This document shows, piece by piece, positions 26,836-39,138 of a stretch of DNA of 64,000 nt. Position 1 is the first letter of the stretch, and each line of letters begins with the position of its first letter. Below the pieces are notes generated by a model. That model was not told where the DNA came from. It ran no database searches and saw only the letters and a list, made by a program, of their open reading frames with translations. This stretch comes from Felis catus (lineage: Eukaryota): positions 219,172,001-219,236,000 of the forward strand of contig NC_058368.1 of assembly GCF_018350175.1 (NCBI RefSeq), in the 5' to 3' direction. The translations under genes and the position numbers were made by a program.

Positions 26836-29169
26836 CCATATATTCATTGATGAACACTTCGGTTATGTCCATATCTTGGTTGCTATGAATAATGCTGCAG
26901 TGAACATGGAGGTACAGGTAGGGCTTCAAGATCCTGATTTCATTTCACTTGAATATAAACCCAAAGTGGGATTGCTGGATTATATGGTAGCTCTACTTTT
27001 AATTTTTAGGGGAATTTAAGTACTGTGTTCAATACTGGCTGTACCTATTTACATCCCCACCAAGAGAGAACAAGAGTTCCCTTTTCTTTACATCTTCAGC
27101 AACCCTTGTTATCTCTTGCCTTTTTTTAATAGGGAAGAGATAATTTCTCATTGTGGGTTTGTGCTGATAACAAGTTAACTTCGATCGCATACAAAAACTC
27201 TACCCATTTTCCCCTCACTTATACGTTTTATTGTTACAATTTACCTCTTTGTATATTTTGTATTCATTAACAAATTATTGTAGCTGTAGATATTTTTCAT
27301 ATATTTTTTTTGTGTTTTAGCCTTTATACTAGACTTAAATGGTTAATACACCACCATATTACAGTATTAGAGTATTCTGAATTAGACTGTATACTTACCT
27401 TTACCAGCGTGTTATATGTTTTCATGTTTTCATGTTATGAATTAGTGTAAGTCGGGTCTAGGGGTAATGAAATTCTTCAGCTTCTGTTTTTCTGTGAAAG
27501 GCTTTATATCTCCTTCATTTCTGAAGGACAACTTTGCCAGACAGAGTACTCTTGGTTGATAGGTTTTTGTTTGCTTGCTTGCTTGCTTGCTTGCTTCAGC
27601 ACTTCAAATATATCATCTCATTCTTCCAGGACTGCGAAGTTTTTGCTGAGAAACACACTATAAGCATCATGAGAGTTCCCTTGTGAGTTACAGACTTCTT
27701 TTCTCTTGACACTTTAAGATTCTTGTTTGTCTTTGATTTTTGACAGTTATGTTTTCATGTATCTTGGAGAAGATCTCTTTAAGTTCTGTTATTTTGGTAA
27801 CCTATAAGCTTCAGAACAGATACAGAAATCTCTCCCCAAATTTGGAAAGCTCTCAGCCATTTTTCTTTAAGCCTCCTGTTCTCCCTTTTCTCAGTTTCTT
27901 CTGGGACTTCAGTAATTCACTATTGCTTCTTTTGATGGTATTCTATAGATTATATAGGCTTTTTTCACTTTTTTTCATGTTGCTAATCTTTGTTCTCTGA
28001 TTGGATATTCTCAAAGTTCTTATCTTCTACTTTACATGCTTTTCTTCTGTTTAATCCATGTTTCTGTTGATGCTGTCTATTGCACTTTTCTTTTCACTCA
28101 TTGTATTCTTCTGCTCCAGAATTTGTTTGGTTCTTTTTTATGATTTCTATCTCTTTGTTAAACTTTTCATTTTGCTTGTATATAATTTTCCTGATTTTAT
28201 TGAGTTGTCTTTATGTGTTTTTCTTGTAGCTAACTGAGCTTCCCTAAAGCAGCTACTTTGAACTCTTTATCAGGCAAATCACATATCTTTCCACCTTTGG
28301 GGTTGGTTACTGGAAGATTATCACCATCTTTTGTTAGTGTTATGTTTCCTTGACTTTTCAATGTCTCTTTGAAGTCTTTTGTTGCTGTCTTCACATTTGC
28401 AATAGCAGTACCTCTTCCAGTCTTTACTAACTAACTAGGAGACAAATACCTTCCTTCATCCCTGCTAGGGTTCTGAAACTTTCTAGACCTTCTATGGGTA
28501 TACCTGCTTTATGTTTCCTACTCCCTCTGTGGCAGACTTATTAAGCTTCTATGCCTTCTCTTAGTCACACAAGGCACTAAGCTGGATGTGACAGTATCCC
28601 TTTTGCTTTCTCAAGTGTGGAGTTGAGGCCCAAGCTTATGATCTCTTTCTGGCCTACAGATTTGGTTCAGCTCTCTGTTCATGCTCACTAGCCAACTGTC
28701 AAAGCACACTCTAACCTCCATTGTTATTGCACAGAGAACAAGGCACAGTGGGGGTGTGTGCATGGGAGTGAAGTTCATTGAGTAGTGGGGATGCCTTTGG
28801 CCCAGTTTTGAGCACCCAAAGGTAGACATTCCCAGCAGCTCATGGACAGGTTTCTTGATGGAGTTTATGAAGCATTTAGTAGGATCCACATCCTTTTAAT
28901 GACCTCTGAGAGTCCTATCTGCCACTTTCCCAGCCTCTTTCCACCTTCCAGTTATGCAGCTCATGATTCAGTACACTGGATGCAGCAAGAGAGAAATATG
29001 CCTTTTTGGCAATGTCCCACACAGCTCAGGAAGCTAAGCATTCATTTATAATCTCTTACTTTCCTTGCAGGAGAAATTGCAAATTAGTAAGAACTCTCTT
29101 GGCATTAAGCTGAAGGAGAGGTGATATGGATATAAACTCATATTGTTCCTTTTACCTTCTCCAATATGC

Positions 29170-29183
29170 CTTTCTTTCTTTCT

Positions 29184-29255
<72 letters not shown>

Positions 29256-29257
29256 TT
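29170..29257. repeat. (TTTC)n microsatellite
   Basis: Directly visible. Confidence 0.95.
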
Positions 29258-32214
29258 CCCTCTTATGGTATGCTACACTTTCTAAACTGGAAAACCACAC
29301 TTCCACAAAGGTGCTCCTTGCCATGAAAGATTATCTAAGACATTGTTTCACAGGGGGCTCTTGGACTAAGGATGAAAGGGCCTGGAGCTTGTTTTGGCCA
29401 AAGTCTATGTACCTATTATTCAATGCACAAGCAGGCAAGACTTCTCCTGGGTCCCTTGACGTATGGTGCTGGATTGCACAGTTCCCACAAAGGCACTCTT
29501 GTCCATGAATGGATGCCAAATTGTTATTTTTCATAGGGCAGAGGTGGAAAATACAATAAGAGAAGTCATATTCAGCCATGTTGCAGACATCACTCCCATT
29601 CTGTCTTTTGGCTGGTGAGTTTAATCCATCATTTAAAGTAATTATTGATAGGTAAGGACTTTCCATTCATAGTTTATTTATTGTTTTTTTGTCTGTTTTG
29701 TAGTTCTCTTGTTCCTCTCTTCCTTTCTTGCTGTCCCTCTTTCCGGTGTTATTTGTTATTATTGTTGTTGTTATATGCTTTGATTCTTTTCTCTTTAACT
29801 ATTGTGTAATTAATATAGATTTTATCTTCGTGGTTGACATGAAGCTTGCACTGAATTGCTTATAGTTGTAATTGTCTATTTTAAGCTAATGACAACTTAT
29901 CTCTAACTGCATATAAAAATTCTGAAGTTTTATTTCCCCATGTACTTTAAGTTATTGATATCGGAGTTTACATAGTTTATACTGTGTATCCATTAATAAA
30001 TGCTTGTAGTTATAATTATTAATACTTTTGTCTCTTAATTTTTATATTAAAGTTAAAAATAATTTATGTACCACCTATACAATACTATAATATTCTGTTT
30101 GTATATTTACCTGTGCCAGTGAGAATTTTTGGGTAGACTATTGACACCGCCTCTCTAAATTTGGCATATGAAAACAGGCATACAAGGGTAAGTCTGAGCA
30201 CTATCCATAGCATAGATATTTAGACACCTGGTGTTGGTTACCTTAATTACATGCAATCGATATCCTTAAAAACTCCTGAGGCTTAATAGAAGAAACCAGA
30301 AAAAAATAAAATAATAATAATTATAAATAAAACAAAAAGCTTTTCATATGTGCCAATGGATTTTCCATGTTCCTAAATTTCATTGGTTTGCTATGTTTAC
30401 CAACCATCAAAATTCCTATAGATTTTTGCTGTAGTAAAAGATGAAGTATACTTGGTAACACGAAAAAAAGAATGTTCCCTTTTATTTTTCTCTAAAGATC
30501 TTGTTAATTTGCAGATGCTCTGCTTTCATGATCTGAATTTCCTCCCTAATACCACTAATCATACGGATACCGCCCTTGAAGCCAAGTATACCACATCAAC
30601 ATATAAAAGTTAAAATGCTTGATTTCTTGCTTAAAGTCCAAAATCTTTTCTCTATATATACTGTCCTTAGCTGATTGTCTACATCTCTAAGCACTGAGTT
30701 TATCTGTAAGGGGTAACTCCCAAATTCATATCACAGCTCAAACCCTTTTTCTGCTGAAAAATTTTATAAACAGTAACCTATTTAGCATCTTCAACTTGGA
30801 TATTTCATTGATTTTTGAAATCTAAAATTTCTAATATTCACCCATTCTCATAACTCTACTGTTTCTCAACTAACAAACTTTTTCTGATAGTGGATGTTTA
30901 TTAGTCTTTCTCCGTTTCAGTAAATACTATAATACATTCACTCATTCAACAGCTATGTATTGGCTTATTGCTAGAATTTGCAAGTAGAGGGGTAATGGTA
31001 AAGGAAAAGTGTTTTATTTTTATGGCTTATTGATTTTCATTCTAGCATAGAAAAGTCTTCTGCACCTGCAGTTTATACAAGCAGTCTTTATATTTTCTTT
31101 CAATATTGAGATATTTTTTCTGCAGTAAGATTTTCAATAAAACTTGAATTTAAATTTTAAATTTAAATTAAATTAAATTTAAATTCATGTAATCATGTCT
31201 GATATTTACGTTGTTTTTCCTCTCACAATCCTAGAGTAAACAATTTGTTAAATTACCCCATCCATTTCCCACAGTTACAATGCTACCTGTATTAAATATT
31301 AAGTTCTCATACATTCTTGGATGTATTTCTGTTCTTGCTATCATTTTCTATTAATTTATTTGCCTATTTTCAGACCAATGCTATCTTTTTCTAAATATAG
31401 TTAAATTATTATAAAATTTGATATCTGGTAGGGCAAATCTATCACTATATATTTTTTTCATTTAAAGTTTCTAATTTTCTCACAAATTTTATTTGATAAA
31501 TAATGAGTTATTTTGCTAGGCAAAATTATAAAATAAAATTAGTAACAAACTCAATATGTTGTAATTCTAAATGGAATCCCAGTACAATTATATAGTACCT
31601 TAGAATTACTGTGGACAATTAGTTTCTTCATTTATCCAATATATTCTTTCAACAAAATGGCTTTCTTTGCTCATTGAAATATCTAACATTCATTTAGAAA
31701 TAATTTTACTTATTATAAGGTACTGCTCTCATTATAAATAATTTTTTTCTTCTCCATTTTTATTAATAATGTTTAAATCATTATAAAGAACTTATGTATA
31801 TGTATATTAAAATCTCCAGACACTTGAATAAGTTATTTTGTTATATAGTTATAACATATGTACAGATATGTGCATACAGACACATATATTTGTTATCTTG
31901 GTCCTTTTAAATTTTCATGTATACAATGGCATCTTCACTAGACAATTCTGTCTCTACTTTTCAAATATTTATTCTGTTTATTGAGATTTTTTAAACATAA
32001 CTTACCAGTTTTTAATCTCCACAACATAAATTGTGATGTAGTTGGCAGCTTTCAAATAAATGACTTTGTCTTTTGCAGCATTTTCTCAGTGTTTTGGCAT
32101 TCTGAAATTAGGTGGAAATTTTCTTTCCTATCTAATTAACACAACTACCATTATTACGAGCCTGCCTTGGCAGTTAACCCTTGTGGTCATTATTGCCAGC
32201 TGCAGGCTGGGTTG

Positions 32215-32286
32215 TTTTCTGTTTGTTCTGTTTTGTTTTTTGTTTGTTTTGTTTTGTTTTGTTTTGGTTTGGTTTGGTTTGGTTTG
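32215..32286. repeat. (TTTTG)n/(TTTGG)n microsatellite
   Basis: Directly visible. Confidence 0.9.
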
Positions 32287-32789
32287 AAACCATGGCAAAT
32301 AGCTCCCACTTAGGCACCGTGAAACCCCAGCAGTCCACACTTCCCTAAAAGTGCATCATTATCTACCCTCACCTTAAGTCGGTTACTCTGAAATTCTGGA
32401 TGTCCTTGTTAGTTTCAAGTTCCAGATACCTCTGGGAAATTAGGGAGCAAGTAGCCAGGCTGGAGCAGGGAATGGTCCAATTGTTTAGCTCTATTATATG
32501 ACAAAATGACTTAGTGCTCCATGATTTCCACTTGCTTTGCAGTCTCTGCACTCTTTCTAATGAGCATAGATCCCCGTTCAGACTCTACCACAGCAATACT
32601 ATTTTATTTAGCTTGCTACACAGTGGAGGTGAGGTTACAGGTGACTGTCAACAAGGGGCTTAGTATATATTACTGGTGAGCTCCAGAGTCATTCAGTTTG
32701 CCCACTCTATTACCAGCTGGTATATTTCTTTTTGTCTTCATGTTCTAATAGTTCCAGAGATAACAGAACCTCATTCTTTTTTATTTCAC

Positions 32790-33690
32790 ATTATATGAAG
32801 AATGCTTACAAATCAATAAAGACAAGATTGACAACCCAGTATAAAATGTGTAATAGATGTGAACAGGGACTTCACAAAAAAGATATCCAAAAGACAGTAA
32901 ACATGTTTAAAAAAAATCACATATCATGAAAATGGAAATTAAATCTACAAAGAGACATCCCTCACATTCATCAAATGCCTCAAAATAAAAAAAAAATAAT
33001 AAAAAAATGAAAAAGATTGACAAACATTTCCAACGATGTAGAGCAACCCATTTGCCCATACATGGCAGGTGGGGGTGAAACCACTTCCAAGGACTGTTTG
33101 GCAACATCTAAAATGAAATATACACCCTGTCTACACTTTAGCAGTCTTACTTCTTTTCACATACGTATGAGAAATGCGTGGCTATGTCCTCCAAAAGACA
33201 ACTACCAGTATGCTCATGTGTGTCATGAGTATGTTCATAGCAGTTTTATTTACATGGTCAAAAATTGAAGACTCTCACGTGCCCAACAATAGTAGAATGG
33301 ACAAATAAATTATGTTATATTTGTGTCCAATTTTACTAAACAAAAATAAAAAGAATAAATTGCAATAACACACATACCTGTCAAAGATTGTATGGCTAAC
33401 AAACGAAGTCAGTTGCAAAAGGAAGCATATTTTATCATCCATTTATATGATAAGAAACACAAAACACAAGCAAACTACCCTAAGATGATAGATGTAAGAA
33501 TACCGGGTACCTCTGGGGGTGAGGGTATTGTCTGAGAAGGATCATAATGAAACTGTCATAAATGTTCTAAATCTTGATTGGGGCAGTAATTATGTGGCAT
33601 TTATATGCAAAAATTAATTGAACAGTGCAGTAAAATTAGCACACTTTATGTGCTCTATTGAGGTATCTCAGTTTAAAAAAAAGTTAAACG
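32790..33690 (+). mobile_element. Ancient L1 3' end (L1MD/ME-like)
   Basis: cttcacaaaaagatatccaaa, atgttcatagcagttttatt, aatgttctaaatcttgattgggg. Confidence 0.65.
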
Positions 33691-34601
33691 TGTGTGCTGT
33701 GTACCATTCAAATAGTGGTTGAGGAGTATAGTTACTGTTCAAAATCTATTTGTGATCCTTCAGGTCCAATCATAGGCAGTTACAAAGGCTTTTCCTGGAG
33801 GCCTCACATTGGACAGCCAATGCATTGCAATCTCAGAAGGGAGATGCAGTGAAGGAGCTTCCTGTGGGGAAGGGAGAGCAGGGTGTCAAATTAAAGATCC
33901 AAAAGAAGAGCTCTAACAAAGCCAGGGAAGCAATTTCCCGGCTACTGCCTACTGTTTTACAGCATGGGACCAAAAGTCATCAGACCTCCCCCCACAGAGT
34001 TGTACAGGTGACTTTTATCGGCTCAAAGCAGGTCACTGGTACCGAAGGACAGCCTGCAGCCAGCTATTGAGACTTACACTCTAAGTGAAAAAGAATATAG
34101 AGCCTTTCAGATTACCTCGCCTAACAACCTGCAGAGATCTTAGAAACTTGGCTAATTCACCACCAGAACGAAGGTGATAATCTTGTTTAACTTAGTAAGA
34201 GTGGCATCTTGTGGGGCAAGTCACCGCAGATCTTGACACTGGCTGGAGTACCTTGACAGTGTCCACTCTGCATAAGCAGGAGAAGGAAGAGAGGGTGGAT
34301 GATGGGGTACAAAGAGGTGAGGGTCCACTGACTTATGATTTCATTGGTCATCAGTTTTTGTCATGTAAACCGGGTTGTCATCTGTCACTACATGCAATTT
34401 TTTTTTTAAGTTTCAGGTTTTATTTTAAAAGTTTTTTCTTTATATATATTTTTAGTAACTTTATCAACCTGGACCTATGTGCAAAAACAAGTGGGAGAAT
34501 TATTTTTGTTCCCATTTAGATTTACTTACATGTTTGTTACTTAAGGTGTTATGGGAAAACTTCTTGGGTCTTATCTTGGGGGATTATTTGTTTTCATAAG
34601 G

Positions 34602-34665
34602 AAAAAACAAAAACAAAAACAAAAACAAAAACAAAAAACAAAAAGAAAAAACAAAAAACAAAAAA
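34602..34665. repeat. (CAAAAA)n A-rich microsatellite
   Basis: Directly visible. Confidence 0.9.
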
Positions 34666-35319
34666 GTCACCTTCGCAGGGATGTGGATTCTATAACTCAA
34701 CTGTTTGTTATCCTGTGAAGAAATTCCCCAGGCTCACTCTCATTTTATGCTATTGTGAAGAGTGGGGCCATGGTCATTGACATTCTGAGTTCTGAGTCAA
34801 TGGCTGCTATGCTGGTCTTCAGGTTAAGTCTGTTCCTACTGTACCCACCTACAATAAGATTCGCTCTTTGTAGTTCTGCTAGAGGATATAGTTGCAGAAT
34901 GGGTGCATAAACACAAAGATAATAAAAAGACTAAAAGGACAAAATGTTTTAACTGTGCTTGTGGATGAACTCTTCCAATGACCTTTGTCTTCACCATTCC
35001 ATTGTCTTTCTATAGGTTGGCTTTTTCCCTGGGCCTATTTAGTATAAAGGACCCCTGGAGCTTGCCAGTTAACTGGTTGCTATTCTAAACATCTAGAGGT
35101 ATAGAAAGCTAATTTTTAAATAGTATCATTAAGTAATCAATGGAAAGGCCAGGAAGAGCATTATCAAATTTAACACAATAATCTAAATTTGAAGTTTAAT
35201 GTCTCAGACTCTAAAAAGCACCTGTGAGTTACCTAGAACGCAAAGTGTTCCGTGTACCAATTTAGACTTTGCAGGGGGAGGGGGGATGGACTTTGGTTTT
35301 ATTGTTGTGAAGTAATCTT

Positions 35320-35563
35320 CAGAAATAAATAAACATTAAAGAAAAACAAATTCTAAAAAGGGGCGCCTGGGTGGCTCAGTAGGTTGAGCAATCGACTTCA
35401 GCTCAGGTCATGATTTCAGTTTGTGAGTTCGAGCCCTGCATCGAGCTCTGTCCTGACAGCTTGGAGCCTGGAGCCTACTTTGGATTCTGTCTCCCTCTCT
35501 CTCTGCCCCTCCCTCACTCATGCTGTCTCTTTCCCTCAGAAATAAACATTAAAAAAATTAGTA
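35320..35563 (+). mobile_element. Can-SINE preceded by an orphan copy of a SINE tail, inside one TSD
   Basis: TSD ttgtgaagtaatctt at 35305-35319 / 35564-35578; orphan tail at 35320-35359; SINE head ggggcgcctgggtggctcag from 35360. Confidence 0.9.
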
Positions 35564-35798
35564 TTGTGAAGTAATCTTTTATTTTTTTTGTTGTTGAGAT
35601 TATTATTCATCCTTATTTTCAATGTGTTTCTGTCTCACTGCTTTACTTTTTTTTTTCATCTTTCATAATTATCTTAAGCCTCTATTCTATGTCAGTAATT
35701 CTCTAATTCTCTTTCTATTTGTCCCTTGGTACTACCAATGTATTTGTGAATTAATTTCTGATGTTGTTTTCATGCTCAATAATTTTTCCTTAAATTTT

Positions 35799-35997
35799 AT
35801 TTTTTTAGTTTATTTTTTTTTACTTTGAGAGAGACAGAGAGCAAGTGTGGGAGGAGTAGAGAGAGAGGGAGACAGAGGATCTGAAGCAGGCTCTGTGCTG
35901 ACATCAATGAGTCTGATGCAGGGGTCGAACTCACGAACCGTGAGACCATGACCTGAATCAAGTCAGATGCTTAACCGAGTGAGCCACCCAGGCACCC
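35799..35997 (-). mobile_element. Can-SINE
   Basis: tcgaactcacgaaccgtgagaccatgacctga...gagccacccaggcaccc; TSD tccttaaatttt at 35787-35798 / 35998-36009. Confidence 0.93.
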
Positions 35998-38906
35998 TCC
36001 TTAAATTTTTCTAATTCTTTTTATTTATTTGATGTCTGATTTTACTAGCATGCTCAGCAAATTGCTTTACTCCTGAAAGTACTTAGACAAACTTCGTTCT
36101 GTGTCTTGGGCACAGCTTACTACTAAACCCAGTTCTTTATTTCCTTTATGCTACTCTCCTTTGTTTGTTGCTATTTGGTTTTGCCATCCAAAGTATATTT
36201 CCATAATTTCTGTCCCTTTTAGACCTTTCTCATATCCTGGCAGCTTTGGGCCTTTCCATTTGTTTTTTGCCTGTGGACGATTGCTTTACTTCTTCCTCAA
36301 CAGTGAAAACCATTTTGTGGTCCAGATAAGATAACAGCTGTTTCTGCCCACTATTTTTATGAAGTCTAAGAGAAGTTAGAGTTCACTGAGGCAGAACTCA
36401 ATGTTTTAGTAAAAGCACTCTGCTTTTATTTCTCAGGTTTGCTTTGTTCCTTTCATGTATGTAGACAATGTAACCCAACCCAAAGTGGACAAGTTCATAG
36501 GCTTAAGATACATCACATATTTGGTTTGTAGGACAGGAACATTCATTTGTGTCAGAGAGAATGGCTTTGTTTTCCACTTCTTCCACTTTCATGCATTTCT
36601 CCACAGTCATTATCCCCAATACCCTTCACTGCAAATACATCTCCCTCCTGATACAAGAGGAAAATGCAATATCACCAATTCAGATAACCACTCTCTGGAT
36701 TCCAAGATATCAAAGAGAATTTTATGGATATTGAGACTCAACATTATGTTTTTTGGGGGTGGGATACTTTTAGAAGCCTCGCTGTGTTATCTACACAATT
36801 CCAGAAATTTCTCATTAACTTGTTTATATCAATAATTCAACAATTATGACATTATGCAATCCCCCCCCTTTTTTTTGTTGTTGCTACTAGTAAGTGTCTA
36901 TCTGGATTTTTCTTTTTCTTTTTCTTTCTTTCTTTCTTTTATGTTTTGAGGTATGGGAAAGAGGAAGATGTTATGACACAAAAGTCCAATTCATATTTTT
37001 AAATATATGTAATCCTATAAAACTATAACATAATGTTTATTTTTATATATTTGAAGCAGAAAATTCTTTAGAATTCTTTCGAAGTTTCCTTAATACTAAT
37101 GCACTATTTACAGGACTTTTCTAAGATTTAAGTTCTTACTTTCTTAAGAACTTAAATAGATTTATAGCATACCAGCAGGTTTAATGCATTTGAATTTTTC
37201 TCTCGTCATGTAATGTGGCCAGGCTATTAAAAAAGATTTACTTTAAGTACACAGTCTAAACATTTATTAAATACAAGTGAATCTTTATGTCCCAAAAACT
37301 ATTGATTAAAAATTTCACAGAGAAACACTTTAATGCCATCAAAATCCAAGAAATGAAAACAATTAAGAAGCTGTAGGTTAGCTATTTTTACGGAAAATGT
37401 ATTCAAATTTATTTGTGTTCATAAAAATAATACCAGACTTATAAAACATTTATATTTTCAATACACACTCTGGTAAATGAGGCCAAATAATTGAGTACTT
37501 ACTAATTATCCTTAGAGAGTCTCACAAGGCATATTATAGCTTTTAACCCACAGGAATTTAACATAACTTTAACCCCATAGAGTATTATAATTCACATAAT
37601 ATTCAACCAAGGATTATGTACTTTAAAACTTCACTGATATTATTTAAAGAAGGGACTCAAGATACTTGCTATATTGCCTCAAGTACTAACTATAATTTAA
37701 GTAATGAAATATTATTTTCACATATGTGTAACAATTAAAGCTGAATATAAAATGTACTAGTTGTAGTGTATAGATTATAAAGAGACTTTTAAACTAAAAA
37801 TAAGTCAATAATAATAATAATAATTTTTATAGAAATACTGTTTAAACTGAGAGCCAGCAGGTCCTTGAAATACACAGATTTTTTCTAACAAATTTATTGT
37901 GGAGTTTCCTGAGTTAACGTAATTCTATTCAATCTGTAATATCAAATCAAGTCTTAGTTTATAAGTCCTTTGGCGTGGCTCTCCAGTATTAAGGCAGTCT
38001 TACATTTTTTATCAAGATGGGCAAGGTCTTCCTTAAATGGATTAAATTCTATCTGTCTCTCTAAATATCTCTCTATCTGTCTCTCTCTCTAGCTCTCCTT
38101 TTTTTTTTTTTGTTTACTAAACATAATTCATTTCTGAAACAAATTCTTCTTTTCTGTAACTGAGTCATTTCAAGATGTGAATATCCTGGATAATATGCCA
38201 AAATGTATCTCTTTATTTTCAAATCATTAATTTTCTCAAGTATATTAAATTTACTTTAAGTAACAGGTCTTTGGGGTAGAAATTTGTGTTTTTTGAGAAA
38301 AGTAATTATGTTTTATATATAAGATATGTTAAGTAAATACAATTAGATTTTACTACAGTTATATTAAAATTAATTTGTAGATTTTTTCTTTTGAAATATA
38401 CATTTTTATGTGTGCATTGAATGTGTATAGTATGCTGTTAACAATGAAGAAAATGAGATTAAAAAGTGTTGAACAAAAATAGCAAAAATAATCACAGGAT
38501 TATAATTAAAACTACTCAAAATGGATTTCAGTAAAAATATTTACACATGAGGTATATGAGGAATTTGAATAACAGGGTATCAGTACAAATAATTTTTTAT
38601 GAATCTATTGTCAAGTTAGTTAACATACAGTGTATATGCAGTGTAGCCTTGACTCTGGGGGTAGATTCACGTGATTCATCACTTATATACAATAGCCAGT
38701 GCTCATCCCAACAAGTGCCCTCCTCAATGCCCATCTCCCATTTTCTCCGCCTCTGGATCCCTCATTTTGTTTTCTGTAATTAGGATTCTCTTATGGTTTG
38801 CCTCCCTCTATATTTGTAACTTATTTTTCCTTTCCTTCCTCTATAGTCTTCTGTTAAGTTTCTCAAATTCCACATATGAGTTAAAACATATGATATCTCT
38901 CTTTTT

Positions 38907-39138
38907 TTCTTTTTCTTTCTTTTTTTTTTTTATTAACATTTATTTATTTTTTGAGAGTCAGAGAGAGACAGAGCATGAGCAGGGGAGGTGCAGAGAGAGG
39001 GAGACACAGAATCAGAAGCAGGCTCCAGGCTCTGAGCTGTCAGCACAGAGCCCCATGCAGGGCTCGAACCCACAAACCATGAGATCATGACCCAAGCCGA
39101 AGTCAGTCGCCCAACTGACTGAGCCACCCAGGAGCCCC
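38907..39138 (-). mobile_element. Can-SINE nested in the L1 3' UTR
   Basis: TSD atatctctcttttt at 38893-38906 / 39140-39153; canonical feliform SINE body. Confidence 0.95.

Larger units (their letters stand above)
25795..29592 (-). mobile_element. Nested L1 with both ends but ORF2 nearly entirely deleted
   Basis: 3' end at about 25795; 5' end gtgatgtctgcaacatggctgaata (YY1-like) at about 29592; ORF1 remnant at about 27430-28400; junction at about 27160; degenerate TSD tcccactgtctt / tcccattctgtctt. Confidence 0.65.
21362..30125 (-). mobile_element. Old L1 host (ORF2 plus inter-ORF region) carrying nested L1s, a SINE and an LTR
   Basis: Minus-strand ORF2 remnants KVAGYKINIQKS...KYLGTNLNKEVKNLYAENYKTLMKEIK (22231-22656), LPNSFYEA (23054-23320) and DLTDIYRTF...HGTFSRIGHMLG (24595-24789). 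The ORF2 start region resumes at about 29595. Confidence 0.88.

Noticed and set aside
35360..35440. tRNA genes at SINE heads
   Set aside because: These are tRNA-derived Can-SINE heads followed by (CT)n, an A tail and TSDs, not tRNA genes.
37126..37157. 13-bp-arm hairpin atttaagttctta/taagaacttaaat (plus smaller ones near 31145, 44606 and 51237)
   Set aside because: Short AT-rich inverted repeats are expected by chance in this composition; no transposon or miRNA context.
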